From the IMG/VR virus record IMGVR_UViG_3300022594_000001: DNA of 64,000 bases. One strand, 5' to 3'. The position numbers were made by a program, and so were the translations under genes. This stretch comes from a virus (taxonomy: Duplodnaviria; Caudoviricetes). This document shows positions 39,007 to 49,900 of this stretch, one piece after another (positions within the stretch are counted from its first letter, which is position 1; every line of letters starts with the position of its first letter). Below the pieces are notes generated by a model. That model was not told where the DNA came from. It searched no databases and saw nothing but the letters and a program-made list of their open reading frames with translations.

Positions 39007-39927
39007 TTAAAATCCTTCGTATCTAAATGGCCATTTTAAAACATGAGCTGAGGGAGGAAATCCAACCCGCTTAGCCATCATAAGCTCAAATGTTTGTTTA
39101 TTAAATTTAAATTTTTGGTATGTTTCTTCAATACCATCAACTACTTCATTTGCTATTTTAATACTTTCCTCTGATAATTGCAACTTATCCTTTAGTTCCT
39201 TTTCAACCCATAGCAAGTGTTGTCTTGGACTTGGGTGTGTATCGAGGAATGTTTTATTTTTGCGAACAGTGTCGATAAATTCTAGTGTTAGTTCTGGAGT
39301 TTCTTTTGCCATAACTTCCATAGGAGTTAACCAATGATCAGCATGATCTTCCCAGATTGGCTTATTGTAAACTGCTAACTCTGGAATCTTTTTCCAGGCA
39401 ACCATGTCTTGGTCCCGGTCTTGAGGCTTTAAGAAATCAGTTTGCTCACCAATGCCGTCGTTATCGCGTAAGTCAGAACCCATGTTCCTAATATCACCGA
39501 TACTAGTCATGTACCATTTGCAACCAGTTGACTTTAATAATCCCTGGGTCATTGAAATATAATTTAATGTATGCATAAAATACGCTGGTTCAAAAAAGAA
39601 TGTGTTGATCCATTTTTTGTCGTATAACTTCTCGTTAATATAGTTAAAAATACTACCAGCAGTTTTCCATCCAGTGTGTCTCTCTGGCAAACTATGTTGA
39701 TGCCAAAAGTCATTACGAAGGTGACTAGACCATTGAATGATTACAACATCGTCTTCAGTAAATTGGTATTTTATGTTAGCTTCCGCAACACGTTCTGCAA
39801 TTGCACGATTACCGATGCCCGACATACCCCAGTTTTGAACAACGTCGAAGTCGATACCAGCATAGTCAGCCCAAGTAGGCCAACTATAACTAGTATAACT
39901 ACAACCAAACGCAAATAAACGTCTCAT
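39007..39927 (-). CDS. SGNH/GDSL-like fold protein (likely start ATG 39927)
   Basis: RLFAFGCSYT (block I-like), NWGMSGIGN (block II-like) and IIQWS..R.D. The ORF track's upstream start lies inside the previous gene. Confidence 0.5.
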   Translation of the reverse strand: MRRLFAFGCSYTSYSWPTWADYAGIDFDVVQNWGMSGIGNRAIAERVAEANIKYQFTEDDVVIIQWSSHLRNDFWHQHSLPERHTGWKTAGSIFNYINEKLYDKKWINTFFFEPAYFMHTLNYISMTQGLLKSTGCKWYMTSIGDIRNMGSDLRDNDGIGEQTDFLKPQDRDQDMVAWKKIPELAVYNKPIWEDHADHWLTPMEVMAKETPELTLEFIDTVRKNKTFLDTHPSPRQHLLWVEKELKDKLQLSEESIKIANEVVDGIEETYQKFKFNKQTFELMMAKRVGFPPSAHVLKWPFRYEGF

Positions 39928-39928
39928 A

Positions 39929-40942
39929 TTATTTTGTTCCGCAACTAACTTCTGGAGCACTAGTAACAGCAAGTCCAACATTTTGTGTTACTGGGATTAC
40001 TTTTGGAAATCTAGCCATGTTTTTTACAACTGAATCAACAATAGCATCTTCGATTTTATCATTCATTACCATAATACCGTCATTACCTCTATCAGCAACT
40101 TCGTCCATAGTAATTCTAATTGGGCTGTATCTACGAATATCACCGCCCATGTCCATTACGTCAAATTTTTCATAATCTGGATATGAAACGTTAATACCAA
40201 ACGTTGATCCAACAATTACTGATGACGGTACATCACACGCATATGCTAAATGTTGTCCTACGCTATCACATCCTAAGAAGTAATCTGCTGAATTGATAAT
40301 GCTAGCCCATGTTCTAATTGGAACGTTTTGAGGAGTTGCTACTGGTTCTTTAACACCGTGCTTTGAAAAATCAATACCAAATTCACTCATCATGATAACT
40401 GCATATTTCTTTTGTAATTTTTTAATAATATTAACTACGTGAGTGCCTTCAAACGAGCGATTTGAAGGGTCAAAAATAATGTTATTTTCAGCTTTGCAGC
40501 CACGACCGAACGGTTGGAACACTACAACTTTGTCTTTTTTAGTTTTTTCTTTAACTTCTTTAACAACATTATAGCCAGTATAAACTTCTTCTCCTGCTAG
40601 TTTAATAGTAGGTTTTGGTAGTTCACGAATACCTTTGTTGTTAATAGCAATGTCGTATGCTTGTGCAATAGAACATTTTTGATTGTAGTATTCCCAAATT
40701 CTATAAGGTTCAGGGGTTACTAAATCCATGTTAATTAACTTATCTTCAAACAAGTTTTTGTGCCAATAGTCGTATGCTCGCTCGTGTAATACTGGATGCC
40801 CCTTATAAAAGTCTGTTGGGCCTTCGCAGACAATAATAAAATCTTTGCTAACTTCCTCTGCATATTTTTCTAGAGCTGGAATAGAGCAAATTACTCTTCC
40901 TGCCCCACCGTTGATAAAGAATGCTTTTGCTCTTTCAGTCAT
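39929..40942 (-). CDS. GT-B glycosyltransferase, GT9 (heptosyltransferase)-like
   Basis: GGAGRVICSIPAL at the N-terminus, VVFQPFG, and IINSADYFLGCDSVGQHLAYA, which matches the GT9 ADLF(I/V)G.DSG..HLA.A motif. Confidence 0.7.
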   Translation of the reverse strand: MTERAKAFFINGGAGRVICSIPALEKYAEEVSKDFIIVCEGPTDFYKGHPVLHERAYDYWHKNLFEDKLINMDLVTPEPYRIWEYYNQKCSIAQAYDIAINNKGIRELPKPTIKLAGEEVYTGYNVVKEVKEKTKKDKVVVFQPFGRGCKAENNIIFDPSNRSFEGTHVVNIIKKLQKKYAVIMMSEFGIDFSKHGVKEPVATPQNVPIRTWASIINSADYFLGCDSVGQHLAYACDVPSSVIVGSTFGINVSYPDYEKFDVMDMGGDIRRYSPIRITMDEVADRGNDGIMVMNDKIEDAIVDSVVKNMARFPKVIPVTQNVGLAVTSAPEVSCGTK

Positions 40943-41036
40943 AATTCTTCCTATAATAAGATACTATAATTTAGCATTTTTAAGAAGTTAAAGCAAGAGT
41001 TTTGAATAGGCTAAATATACTATAAAGAGACTAATA

Positions 41037-42644
41037 ATGAGCAATTTTTCTTCATTTTTTACAGCAGGACCAAAAGGAACTTTAAAATTTTTAAAGAAGC
41101 CTGGTCTGACCTATAAGGGAGATTGGGTACAGGTATTTCCCGGCACCGAAATCGATAGATGGCACGTTGGGGAGTTTTCTTCTGCTGCCTATTTGATTAC
41201 TGTAGAATTTGGATCAAATAAAAAAGAATTAATGCATGTTAATGTCATTGCTAGACCGGACCAAGCAAGTTATAACATTTATGGCCGCACAAGCATTGAC
41301 GACGAACTTATAACACTTGATGCTTCGGTTAATAATAGTTGGTTTAGTTTAAAAGTTAGTCCAACTGATAACATATTTACTGGTGCAAAAATAACTGTTT
41401 TTGCAATGTACGGTGAAACAATTAACCCGTTAGCACCAGCACTTCCGGTATCACAAGGCGGCGGTAATCTTGGCGGAAATACAGAAACTGGTTCTGGAAC
41501 TGGTGTTGCAAGTAATAGCTTTTCAACAATTTCCGTAGCTGGGCAAAATGACGTAATAACAACTAGTCCAAATTCTACATTAACGTTGGTTGCAGGCAGC
41601 AATATTTCTATCACTACTAATAGTACTTCGGATACTATTACGTTTTCGGCAGTAGCTAGTGGCGGAAGTTCTACGTATACATTACCTACGGCAGATACTA
41701 GCACACTAGGTGGTGTTAAAGTTGATGGTACTACTATTACTATTAATTCCAGTGGTGTAATTAGAGCAAATTTCCCAACAGTAACACCTTATACATTGCC
41801 TACAGCATCTACTTCTGTTCTAGGTGGAGTTAAAGTTGACGGAACTACTGTTACTATTGCTAACGGAGTTATATCAGCAGTAACATCGCCGGGTGCAGTT
41901 AACGCAAACTCATTAACCGGCACAACCTTATCTAACAACGTAGTTAACTCAAGTTTAACATCAGTTGGTTCATTAACAGGATTAACCGTTGCTGGTCAAG
42001 TTAAACTAGGAACGCAAGCTAGTAATTGGGCAAGCTCGGGTATTACTAATGTCCTTGAAACTTCGTGGGGTTCAATTTTTGATGTTGGCAACGGCGCTGT
42101 CGGATATGGTAATAATTTAGGTAATAATGGAATTAGTTACACTTATACAAATTCTGGCGCAGCTTCGATATTATTTCAACAAGGCGGCGGCTGGGATTTT
42201 GTAACTGTTCCGTCAAGTGTCGGTGGGGGAGCTGTTAGCACTTTTAATTATGTTATCAACATAAGTAATGCCGGCACGTTAACTATCCAACAAAGCACAG
42301 AAAAACTTAATACTAAAACTGGTGCAACTGGTGTAGTGGCGCACGACTTTACAACAGGTGCTATTTGGTATCATTCTACTATATCAACAAATTTTACCGC
42401 TAATTTTACCAATGTTCCAACTACTGATAATAGAACTATTGTCTGTACTTTATTACTGGCGCAAAGCAGCTCGGCATGTCTTCCTAGTGCAGTGCAAATT
42501 AATGGAGTGGCTCAAACTATTAAATGGCAGGGCGGAAGTGCGCCTACTGGTAATGCAAACAAGCTAGATATTTTTAGTTTTACTCTTATTCGCACAGGCG
42601 GCGCATGGGCAGCAGTAACAGGCTCATTAAGCACGTATGGATAA
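41037..42644 (+). CDS. Tail fibre-like protein
   Basis: Two YTLPTA.TS.LGGVKVDGTT.TI repeats (at 41676 and 41790) and a fibre C-terminal module (VAHDFTTGAIWYHS...FTNVPT...IKWQGGSAPT...DIFSFTL). Confidence 0.65.
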   Translation: MSNFSSFFTAGPKGTLKFLKKPGLTYKGDWVQVFPGTEIDRWHVGEFSSAAYLITVEFGSNKKELMHVNVIARPDQASYNIYGRTSIDDELITLDASVNNSWFSLKVSPTDNIFTGAKITVFAMYGETINPLAPALPVSQGGGNLGGNTETGSGTGVASNSFSTISVAGQNDVITTSPNSTLTLVAGSNISITTNSTSDTITFSAVASGGSSTYTLPTADTSTLGGVKVDGTTITINSSGVIRANFPTVTPYTLPTASTSVLGGVKVDGTTVTIANGVISAVTSPGAVNANSLTGTTLSNNVVNSSLTSVGSLTGLTVAGQVKLGTQASNWASSGITNVLETSWGSIFDVGNGAVGYGNNLGNNGISYTYTNSGAASILFQQGGGWDFVTVPSSVGGGAVSTFNYVINISNAGTLTIQQSTEKLNTKTGATGVVAHDFTTGAIWYHSTISTNFTANFTNVPTTDNRTIVCTLLLAQSSSACLPSAVQINGVAQTIKWQGGSAPTGNANKLDIFSFTLIRTGGAWAAVTGSLSTYG

Positions 42645-42647
42645 CCT

Positions 42648-43385
42648 ATGCCACGTTTAGGAAGTATTAGTTCAATACCATTAACAGGCATCGGAATTTC
42701 TGTTCCAGTAATAAATGCAGGAGCTGTATATGAACGTGTTACTAGCACAACTATCACACTAGGCACTGGAGTAACTCAATCTGCTAGTATTAAAAAATTT
42801 GGTACTAGTAGTTTACAATTTGATGGAACTGGTAGCATTGGTTGGTCTAATACCGGTGGCACTGGATTGCTATCATATAACGGTGCTAACGGTTACACAA
42901 TTGAAACTTGGGTTAATTTAAATACTACAGCGGCGGGGAATAAAAGTATGTTTTATCTGGCTGGATCATCTCCAACTAATCAATATATTACAAATTTTCA
43001 TGCTGTCCCTGGGGACGGAACACAATTTGACATATATGCAGGCGGCCCGAGTCTAGCAGTTGAGCCGACTATTTTAATGGGTACAACTATGTACAATACA
43101 TGGGTGTGGTTAGTTATTCAATTTAAAGGACAAGAATTATACGTCTGGGTTAATGGAACTCAAGTTTCAGCTAGCACTACCGGAATTTATAATGCAGGTG
43201 CAACGCAGACAAACCAAAAAACTTCATTAACAGTTGGCTCTAGCTTCTTTGGCGGTTGGAAAGGATATATGGATGATTTTAGAGTAAGCTCTGGATATAG
43301 ATATTCTAGCGGTAGCACAAGCATCACAGTGCCAAGCAGTAAAATATCCGCAGACGGTACTACGTTAGTTCTGATCCAGACGTAA
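42648..43385 (+). CDS. LamG/ConA-like lectin domain protein
   Basis: KKFGTSSLQFDG, YTIETWVN, LYVWVNGTQV and WKGYMDDFRVS motifs. Confidence 0.7.
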   Translation: MPRLGSISSIPLTGIGISVPVINAGAVYERVTSTTITLGTGVTQSASIKKFGTSSLQFDGTGSIGWSNTGGTGLLSYNGANGYTIETWVNLNTTAAGNKSMFYLAGSSPTNQYITNFHAVPGDGTQFDIYAGGPSLAVEPTILMGTTMYNTWVWLVIQFKGQELYVWVNGTQVSASTTGIYNAGATQTNQKTSLTVGSSFFGGWKGYMDDFRVSSGYRYSSGSTSITVPSSKISADGTTLVLIQT

Positions 43386-43416
43386 AATACAACTAAATAT
43401 ACTAACAGGATAAAAA

Positions 43417-43899
43417 ATGGGCGTTATTCAAAAACCACTAACATCAACCTCTGGCTTTAAAAGCCCGGGTTTTATCGTTGATGCTGCTGGCAATTTTACA
43501 ATTGCAAACCTTAATACGACTTCTAATTATAAAATTAATGGTGTTTCTGTATTAAGTGAAATATCGCTAGGATCTTCTGTTGTTAGTAGTAGTTTAACTT
43601 CTGTAGGAGTTTTAACTGGTTTAGGAGTTAACAGTGCATCTAATGTCGATGTTAGTACAACCGCTAATTTAATGCTAACGTCGAATTCAACAACAATCAC
43701 ATCAACAAATTTAGTTTTAAATTCATCGGGAGCATTGGTTATTAGCTCGGGCACAACTGGAAACCTTGATAACGTTGATATTGGTACAACAACACCCGGC
43801 AACGGCACATTTAACAATTTAATAGCAACCGACACTTTGTTTGTTGGTTCACAAAACATTAAAGCATTATCAGCTGCACTAGCAGTGGCGCTTTCATAA
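43417..43899 (+). CDS. Short fibre-like structural protein
   Basis: SSLTSVGVLTGL and GNLDNVDIGTTTPGNGTFNNL fibre motifs, hydrophobic end AALAVALS, own CTAAATA motif. Confidence 0.6.
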   Translation: MGVIQKPLTSTSGFKSPGFIVDAAGNFTIANLNTTSNYKINGVSVLSEISLGSSVVSSSLTSVGVLTGLGVNSASNVDVSTTANLMLTSNSTTITSTNLVLNSSGALVISSGTTGNLDNVDIGTTTPGNGTFNNLIATDTLFVGSQNIKALSAALAVALS

Positions 43900-43922
43900 A
43901 TAGAAAAGACTCGGAGATATAG

Positions 43923-46900
43923 ATGGCAAAGAAACGAATAGCAAATTACGCATTTTTTCCAGGGGTGTCAAGTGACAGCAACGCATACCCTAATGCGTAT
44001 TCTTTGTTGAAAGCTAATAAAACATTTATTACAAAAGAAGCATCAGCATACCTTGCTTCAAAAGTAGTATCCGACACTGCACAAAATTTATATCCAAATG
44101 CAGTAGCACTTTTAACAGCTAACAAACAATACATCCTTGATGAAATTAGTGCATGGACGGCTTATCAGACTACTAATGCATTAGTTAGCAGCCCGTTTTA
44201 CGGTTATACATATGGTGCAACTGAAATTGCAAAATGTAAACGAGATATGGGATATCTCATCGATGCATTAATATATGATATTCGATATGGCGGAAATGAG
44301 CAAGTTAGCTACGTAGCAAGCCAGTATTACCTAAGCGGTGTTGTACAACTAATTAACGTTCCAGTTGAGTTACTAATTCAAACACAACTTTGGAATTTAA
44401 TTAAAAACTATATTCTTACAAAAACCTTATATTCATCGCAGCAAAGTCCTGTAACAAGTACACAAACTACCTCGGGCAATACTGTTGAAACTGGCGCAAC
44501 AACTGCGGCAAATACATTATCAACAATTACTTATAATGTAATTAACGGCGGACTTTCTACACTACCGACATTAGTCTACTCAAGTTTTAATTTTGCTGGA
44601 TACACATACGACACTAGCAAGTGCGAACGAGATGTTGGTTTTATTTTAGATGCGTATGCAAATGATTTACGTTACGGTGGAAATTTCCAAACACGATTAA
44701 TTTCTAGCAGATATTGGGACGGTGAGCGTCCACAGATTATTGGTGATAGAAAAAGTGAAATTTACACGCATCAATTTATTAGAGATTTAATTAACCACAC
44801 AGTATTTTTTGGTTCAATTAACACAATAAAATGCGAACGAGATATCGGTTACTTATTAGATGGTGTTAAGTATGACATTGCACTTGGTACTAATTATAAC
44901 TCTGTGTTCTTGGGATTAGCAGAAGACAATTCGCAAGATCTTAGCGCCACAGTTATTACAGCAATTCAAACTGCGCAAACAACTGTTGCTAATTTATCAG
45001 CAGTATCTAGCAGTACAACAGCAACTACAAGATCCAATTCGTTTTTTACACAAGTATTAACTATTGCACAAAATGGTCCATCGAGTGCGAGTCTAGTAAA
45101 CTATACTAACCCAACAAATGCCACAAATAGCCAAATGGCTGCTAACGATAAACTTGTTAATAACAAAGCATTTATCCAAGCAGAAGTAAATGCATGGGTT
45201 GCATTAAATTATCCATCATCGACTCATGATCCAGTTAAGTGTTCTAGAGACATTGGTTATGCAATTGATGCATTAGCATATGACATTTTATACGGCGGAA
45301 ACAGTGCCACTTATCGACAAGCAAAATTCTTCTTTTATGGTTTTGCAGACGGATCATCGGGCATTGATGCAACTCATACTGCCGTTACTATTGCCGCATA
45401 CAACTATTTTAAATCAATTGTTGACAACATTGTACAGGGTCAAACTGTAACTCCAACAACTGCTGGAACAAATCCAAACACACAAAGCCAGATAACGTCT
45501 GGTAATAACGCATCATCATCTGATGCTACTATTTGTCAAAACCTAGTACAAATTACAACAAACGTAATTAACGCAGGTACACAGCCAGCCGCATTAGCTT
45601 ATTTGGCAACTATAACACTAACATATCCTGATGTTAGTTGGTCTACTACTGCATTAAAAGCAGCAAAAACTGCAATTGAAACAAACCGTGCTGCTATTAT
45701 ATCAGTATCAGCAGACTATGTTCCTTTACAAAATTCTTATCCACGACAATTGTTAAATGGCATTGCTGGAGAAGACGGGTCAGATGTTGTTATTACAAAC
45801 CTAGCATCAATTGTAACTTCAGTAATTCAAAACGGATTAACTAGCTTACCTACATTAGTAAATGGTGTTACAACTATTAAGGTACAAGGACAATATACCC
45901 TTGATAAATTGTTACTAATTACTAATGCGTCAAACAATCAATTCTTGTATAACTTTAGTGATCCAACATTAGGTGCAATTGCAACATTTAATGGACCCTA
46001 TGATAGTAACGGCCATTTCCAAGATGAGCAGTTCCCTCAGTTCTTACAGACATCAGACTATGTAACTACCCTTGTACTAAAAGCAGATACCTCGTTGTGC
46101 AGTTCAACTGATGATGTACAAATTTTTGTAGAATCAGAAGAACAAAAAACTCGTCCATATGATTTTGGTACAGATGCTATTGAACGTATGCGTGTTGCTC
46201 CTCCGCAGTCAATGCTTGACGCTGACTTTGAATACGGATTACAGCCAACTAAGTGGCAGGCAATTGGTATTGCTCGCGGATATCCGTCAGTGTACGAAAT
46301 TCCAGGATCAGATACAGCAGTTCTTACAGTTGTAACTGATGCAAGTGCAGGCACTGGTGGTATTGGTGAATCTTTGATTACAGTAACTACAGCGTCGGCA
46401 CACGGGTTTAGCGTTGGAACACCGATTACTATTCGCTCATTAGCTAACACAGTATCTGGATTTAATAGAGCAGAAGGTACATTTATTATTATTAGTGTTC
46501 CGACTCAAACAACATTTACCTTTTACGCCGCAGCAAAAGTAGGTACAACTAACGGACAAATTCTTGCAACCACTTACACGCAGTTACGTAAAGGTGCGTT
46601 CTATACCGGTGCATCGATTGGCACACCAACGTTGAGCGTTTATAATAACGGACAAGTTGGATCGTTCACTACTAAATTTATTACTCCGGCAGGTTCTGGA
46701 CAGATCGCCGTGCAAGGTGCTATGCCAACACTTGGAGTCCCATTATCTGTAACTGGTTTAACTACTGGTACGCAAGTTACTGGTACTGTTGGAACCGGTG
46801 GACAAGTAGCTACTGCTACTGTTGGTGCTCCTGTTAATATCGGTGATACTTCGATTGCCGTAGCGAGTACAACGGGAATCCTTGAAGGGATGGCAATTGA

Positions 46901-49900
46901 CAACGGGACTGGTACAGCATTGTTTGTTAGTAGTATTGTTGGAAATACTATTAATTTTAACGGCCCAGTAACTGCTGCAAAAGCAGGTAGCGTACAGACA
47001 TATCTAAACGTATCAGGTACAAACGTTACCCCAGGTGGCACAGGTGCACAGTTTAGTATCAGTCGAGTATCAGGCGCATATAATAACCTAATAGTTCAAA
47101 CAGGTGGTGCAAGCTATGTTCCAGGTACAAGAATTAAAATTTTAGGAACAGCATTGGGTGGGCTTTCTCCAATTAACGATGCTGTTATTAAGGTAGGCAC
47201 TGTTATCAATGGACAGTTAGCAACCTTTACACGTGCCGGAACAGCAAACTCACCGTTTACTACGGTAAACGGAATTAGTCAATCGAGCACTAATGGTGCC
47301 GGGTTCGGTGCAACATTTAATGTGTCTGATGCCGGAGGCGGAGTATATACAGTAACGCTAGCTACTCCGGGAAGCGGATATGCAGTTAACAACACTATTA
47401 CAATTTTAGGAAGTTTTCTAGGAGGTGCCGACGGTACTAATGATTTAACTTTAACAATTACCGCGGTTAATAACGGAGCAATTGGTACAGCATCATTTGT
47501 GTCTGGCAATAGTGTGAGTGGAGAACGCTCATACACCGGAATTACTCAATCTAGCACAAGTGGATCTGGATCCGGTGCAACCTTTGACATCCAGACAAGC
47601 GGCGGAGTTTATGTTGTTACACTAACAAGTCCAGGTTTAACTTACGTACTCAACGAAACAATAACTATTTTAGGTAGCGTGTTAGGCGGCGTCAACGGTG
47701 CTAATAATTTAACTGTAACAGTTACTGCGGCGTCTCCATTTGGTGGCGGCATCCAAACATACAACTCGGCAGGAACACCGAGCACAACTGATGCAACCTT
47801 TACTAGTTTATCAGGTACAAAAATTACACCGGCTACAGGTGCAAGTTTTGATATTACAAGAAGCGGTGGATCTTATTCACCCCCTGTATTAAACCTAACT
47901 GGTTCTGGCTACGAAATTAATGACGTTATCCTAGTTGACGGTGCTCTACTAGGTGGATCATCGGGTACTAATGACGCAACAATTACAGTTACTGGTGCAA
48001 CACTTGGAGCAGTAACATCTGCTTCAATTACTGGTACTGCGACAACCGGTGCAACTGTTGCGTTCTGGTCAGCAGTTTCTATTAGTGATGTTTCGACTTC
48101 TAGCATTGCAGATTCAAACTCAATTACAACTATTGCTATTGCAACTATACAAATTACATGGCCAACACAGCACGGACTAGTTCCGGGTATGAGTTTACTT
48201 GTTGACATTACAAGTAGCGGAACTAATCACGCATTAGCTAAAGGTCCGTTCTTTGTTGAATCTGTTCCTAACTTAAACACTATAAGATATACTGCAAGAA
48301 CAAGCGGAGCATTTGATACTAACACTGCATTAACTGGAGTAGTATATGCACGTCCAGAGTCATTCTTTATTCACAGACCGTTCGATGGTGGTGTGCAATT
48401 AGGAACTGGTGGTCCACAACACGGTAGTCAAGCAGTTCGTATGAGTAAGAAATATATTCGTTACCAATCTGGTAAAGGTATTATGTATACTACTGGTGCA
48501 TTATTTGCTCCTAGCTATAATTTACAATCTGCAACAGCACTCGGAACAGCCGTAGGATCTTACATTACATTTACAACTGACGACGTTGATCACGGATGTC
48601 AAGTTGGTGGTAGAGTTCAAATTAGTGGTATTGACACTGCTGGATATAACGGAATTTATACAATTGTAAGCATTCAAACTGAACGTATCTTTACAGTACA
48701 AGCGCAGTCTAATCTAGGAAGTCTATATGGACAGATTACTACATCTGCTCAAATGTCAATTCTAAATTGGCACGGTGCAACTGTACGTGCAGGAACGTTT
48801 GATGATCAAAACGGTATGTTCTGGCAATACAATGGTAAGGAACTAGCAGTTGGACGACGTTCTAGCACGTTCCAGTTATCAGGAGTTTCGAGCATTGCAA
48901 AAGATACAAACTTAATTACTGGTACAAACACTAGATTCCGCGATCAAGTTAAATCAGGAGATAAACTTGTCATCAAAGGAATGACACATACAGTAACTAA
49001 CGTTAACAGCCAAACATCTATGTCTGTAACTCCAGACTATCGTGGTGCTAGTGACTGTCTTAATGCCAAGATTTGTTTAGTACAAGAAATTTTAATTCCA
49101 CAAAGCCAATTTAACTTAGACAGATTGGACGGAACAGGTCCAAGCGGATACAACCTAGACATTACTAAGATGCAGATGATCGGTATGCAATGGTCATGGT
49201 ATGGTGCTGGTTTTATTGACTTTATGTTAAGAGGATCAGACGGTAATTATGTATTTGCTCATCGTATTCGTAACAGTAACGTAAACACAGAAGCTTACAT
49301 GCGTACTGGTAACATGCCTGTACGTTATGAAGTTCATAACGAAAGCGCATTTGGTAAATTAAGAAGTTCTATAACTGCTACTCAGACAACAATACCATTG
49401 TTTGATGCAAGTGCGTTCCCTAATGAAGCAGGTTATGTTTATGTAGACAATGAAATTATTGCGTTTACTGGTAAGAGCGGTAACGTATTAACTGGTTGTA
49501 CTAGAGCTGCTCCTATGCCACAATTTACTGGCGGATCAACAAGATTGTTTACTGCCGGTTCTGCAACAACACACGAAGTTAATACTGGTGTTATTTTAAT
49601 TAGCAATACTATTACACCTATTATTAGCCACTGGGGTAGTGCGTTTATTACAGACGGACAGTTTGATAACGACCGTGGATACATTTTTAACTATGCATCT
49701 ACTGGTATTCAAGCGTCTACTACAAAACAAACAGCGTTCTTATTACGACTAGCACCTTCTGTATCTAACGCTATCACAGGTGACTTAGGCGACAGAGAAC
49801 TTATTAATCGAGCTCAATTATTGTTACAAGCAATCGAAGTTACATCAGATGCTGGTACTGGTGGTTTAGTTGTTGAAGGTATTTTAAATCCTCAAAACTA

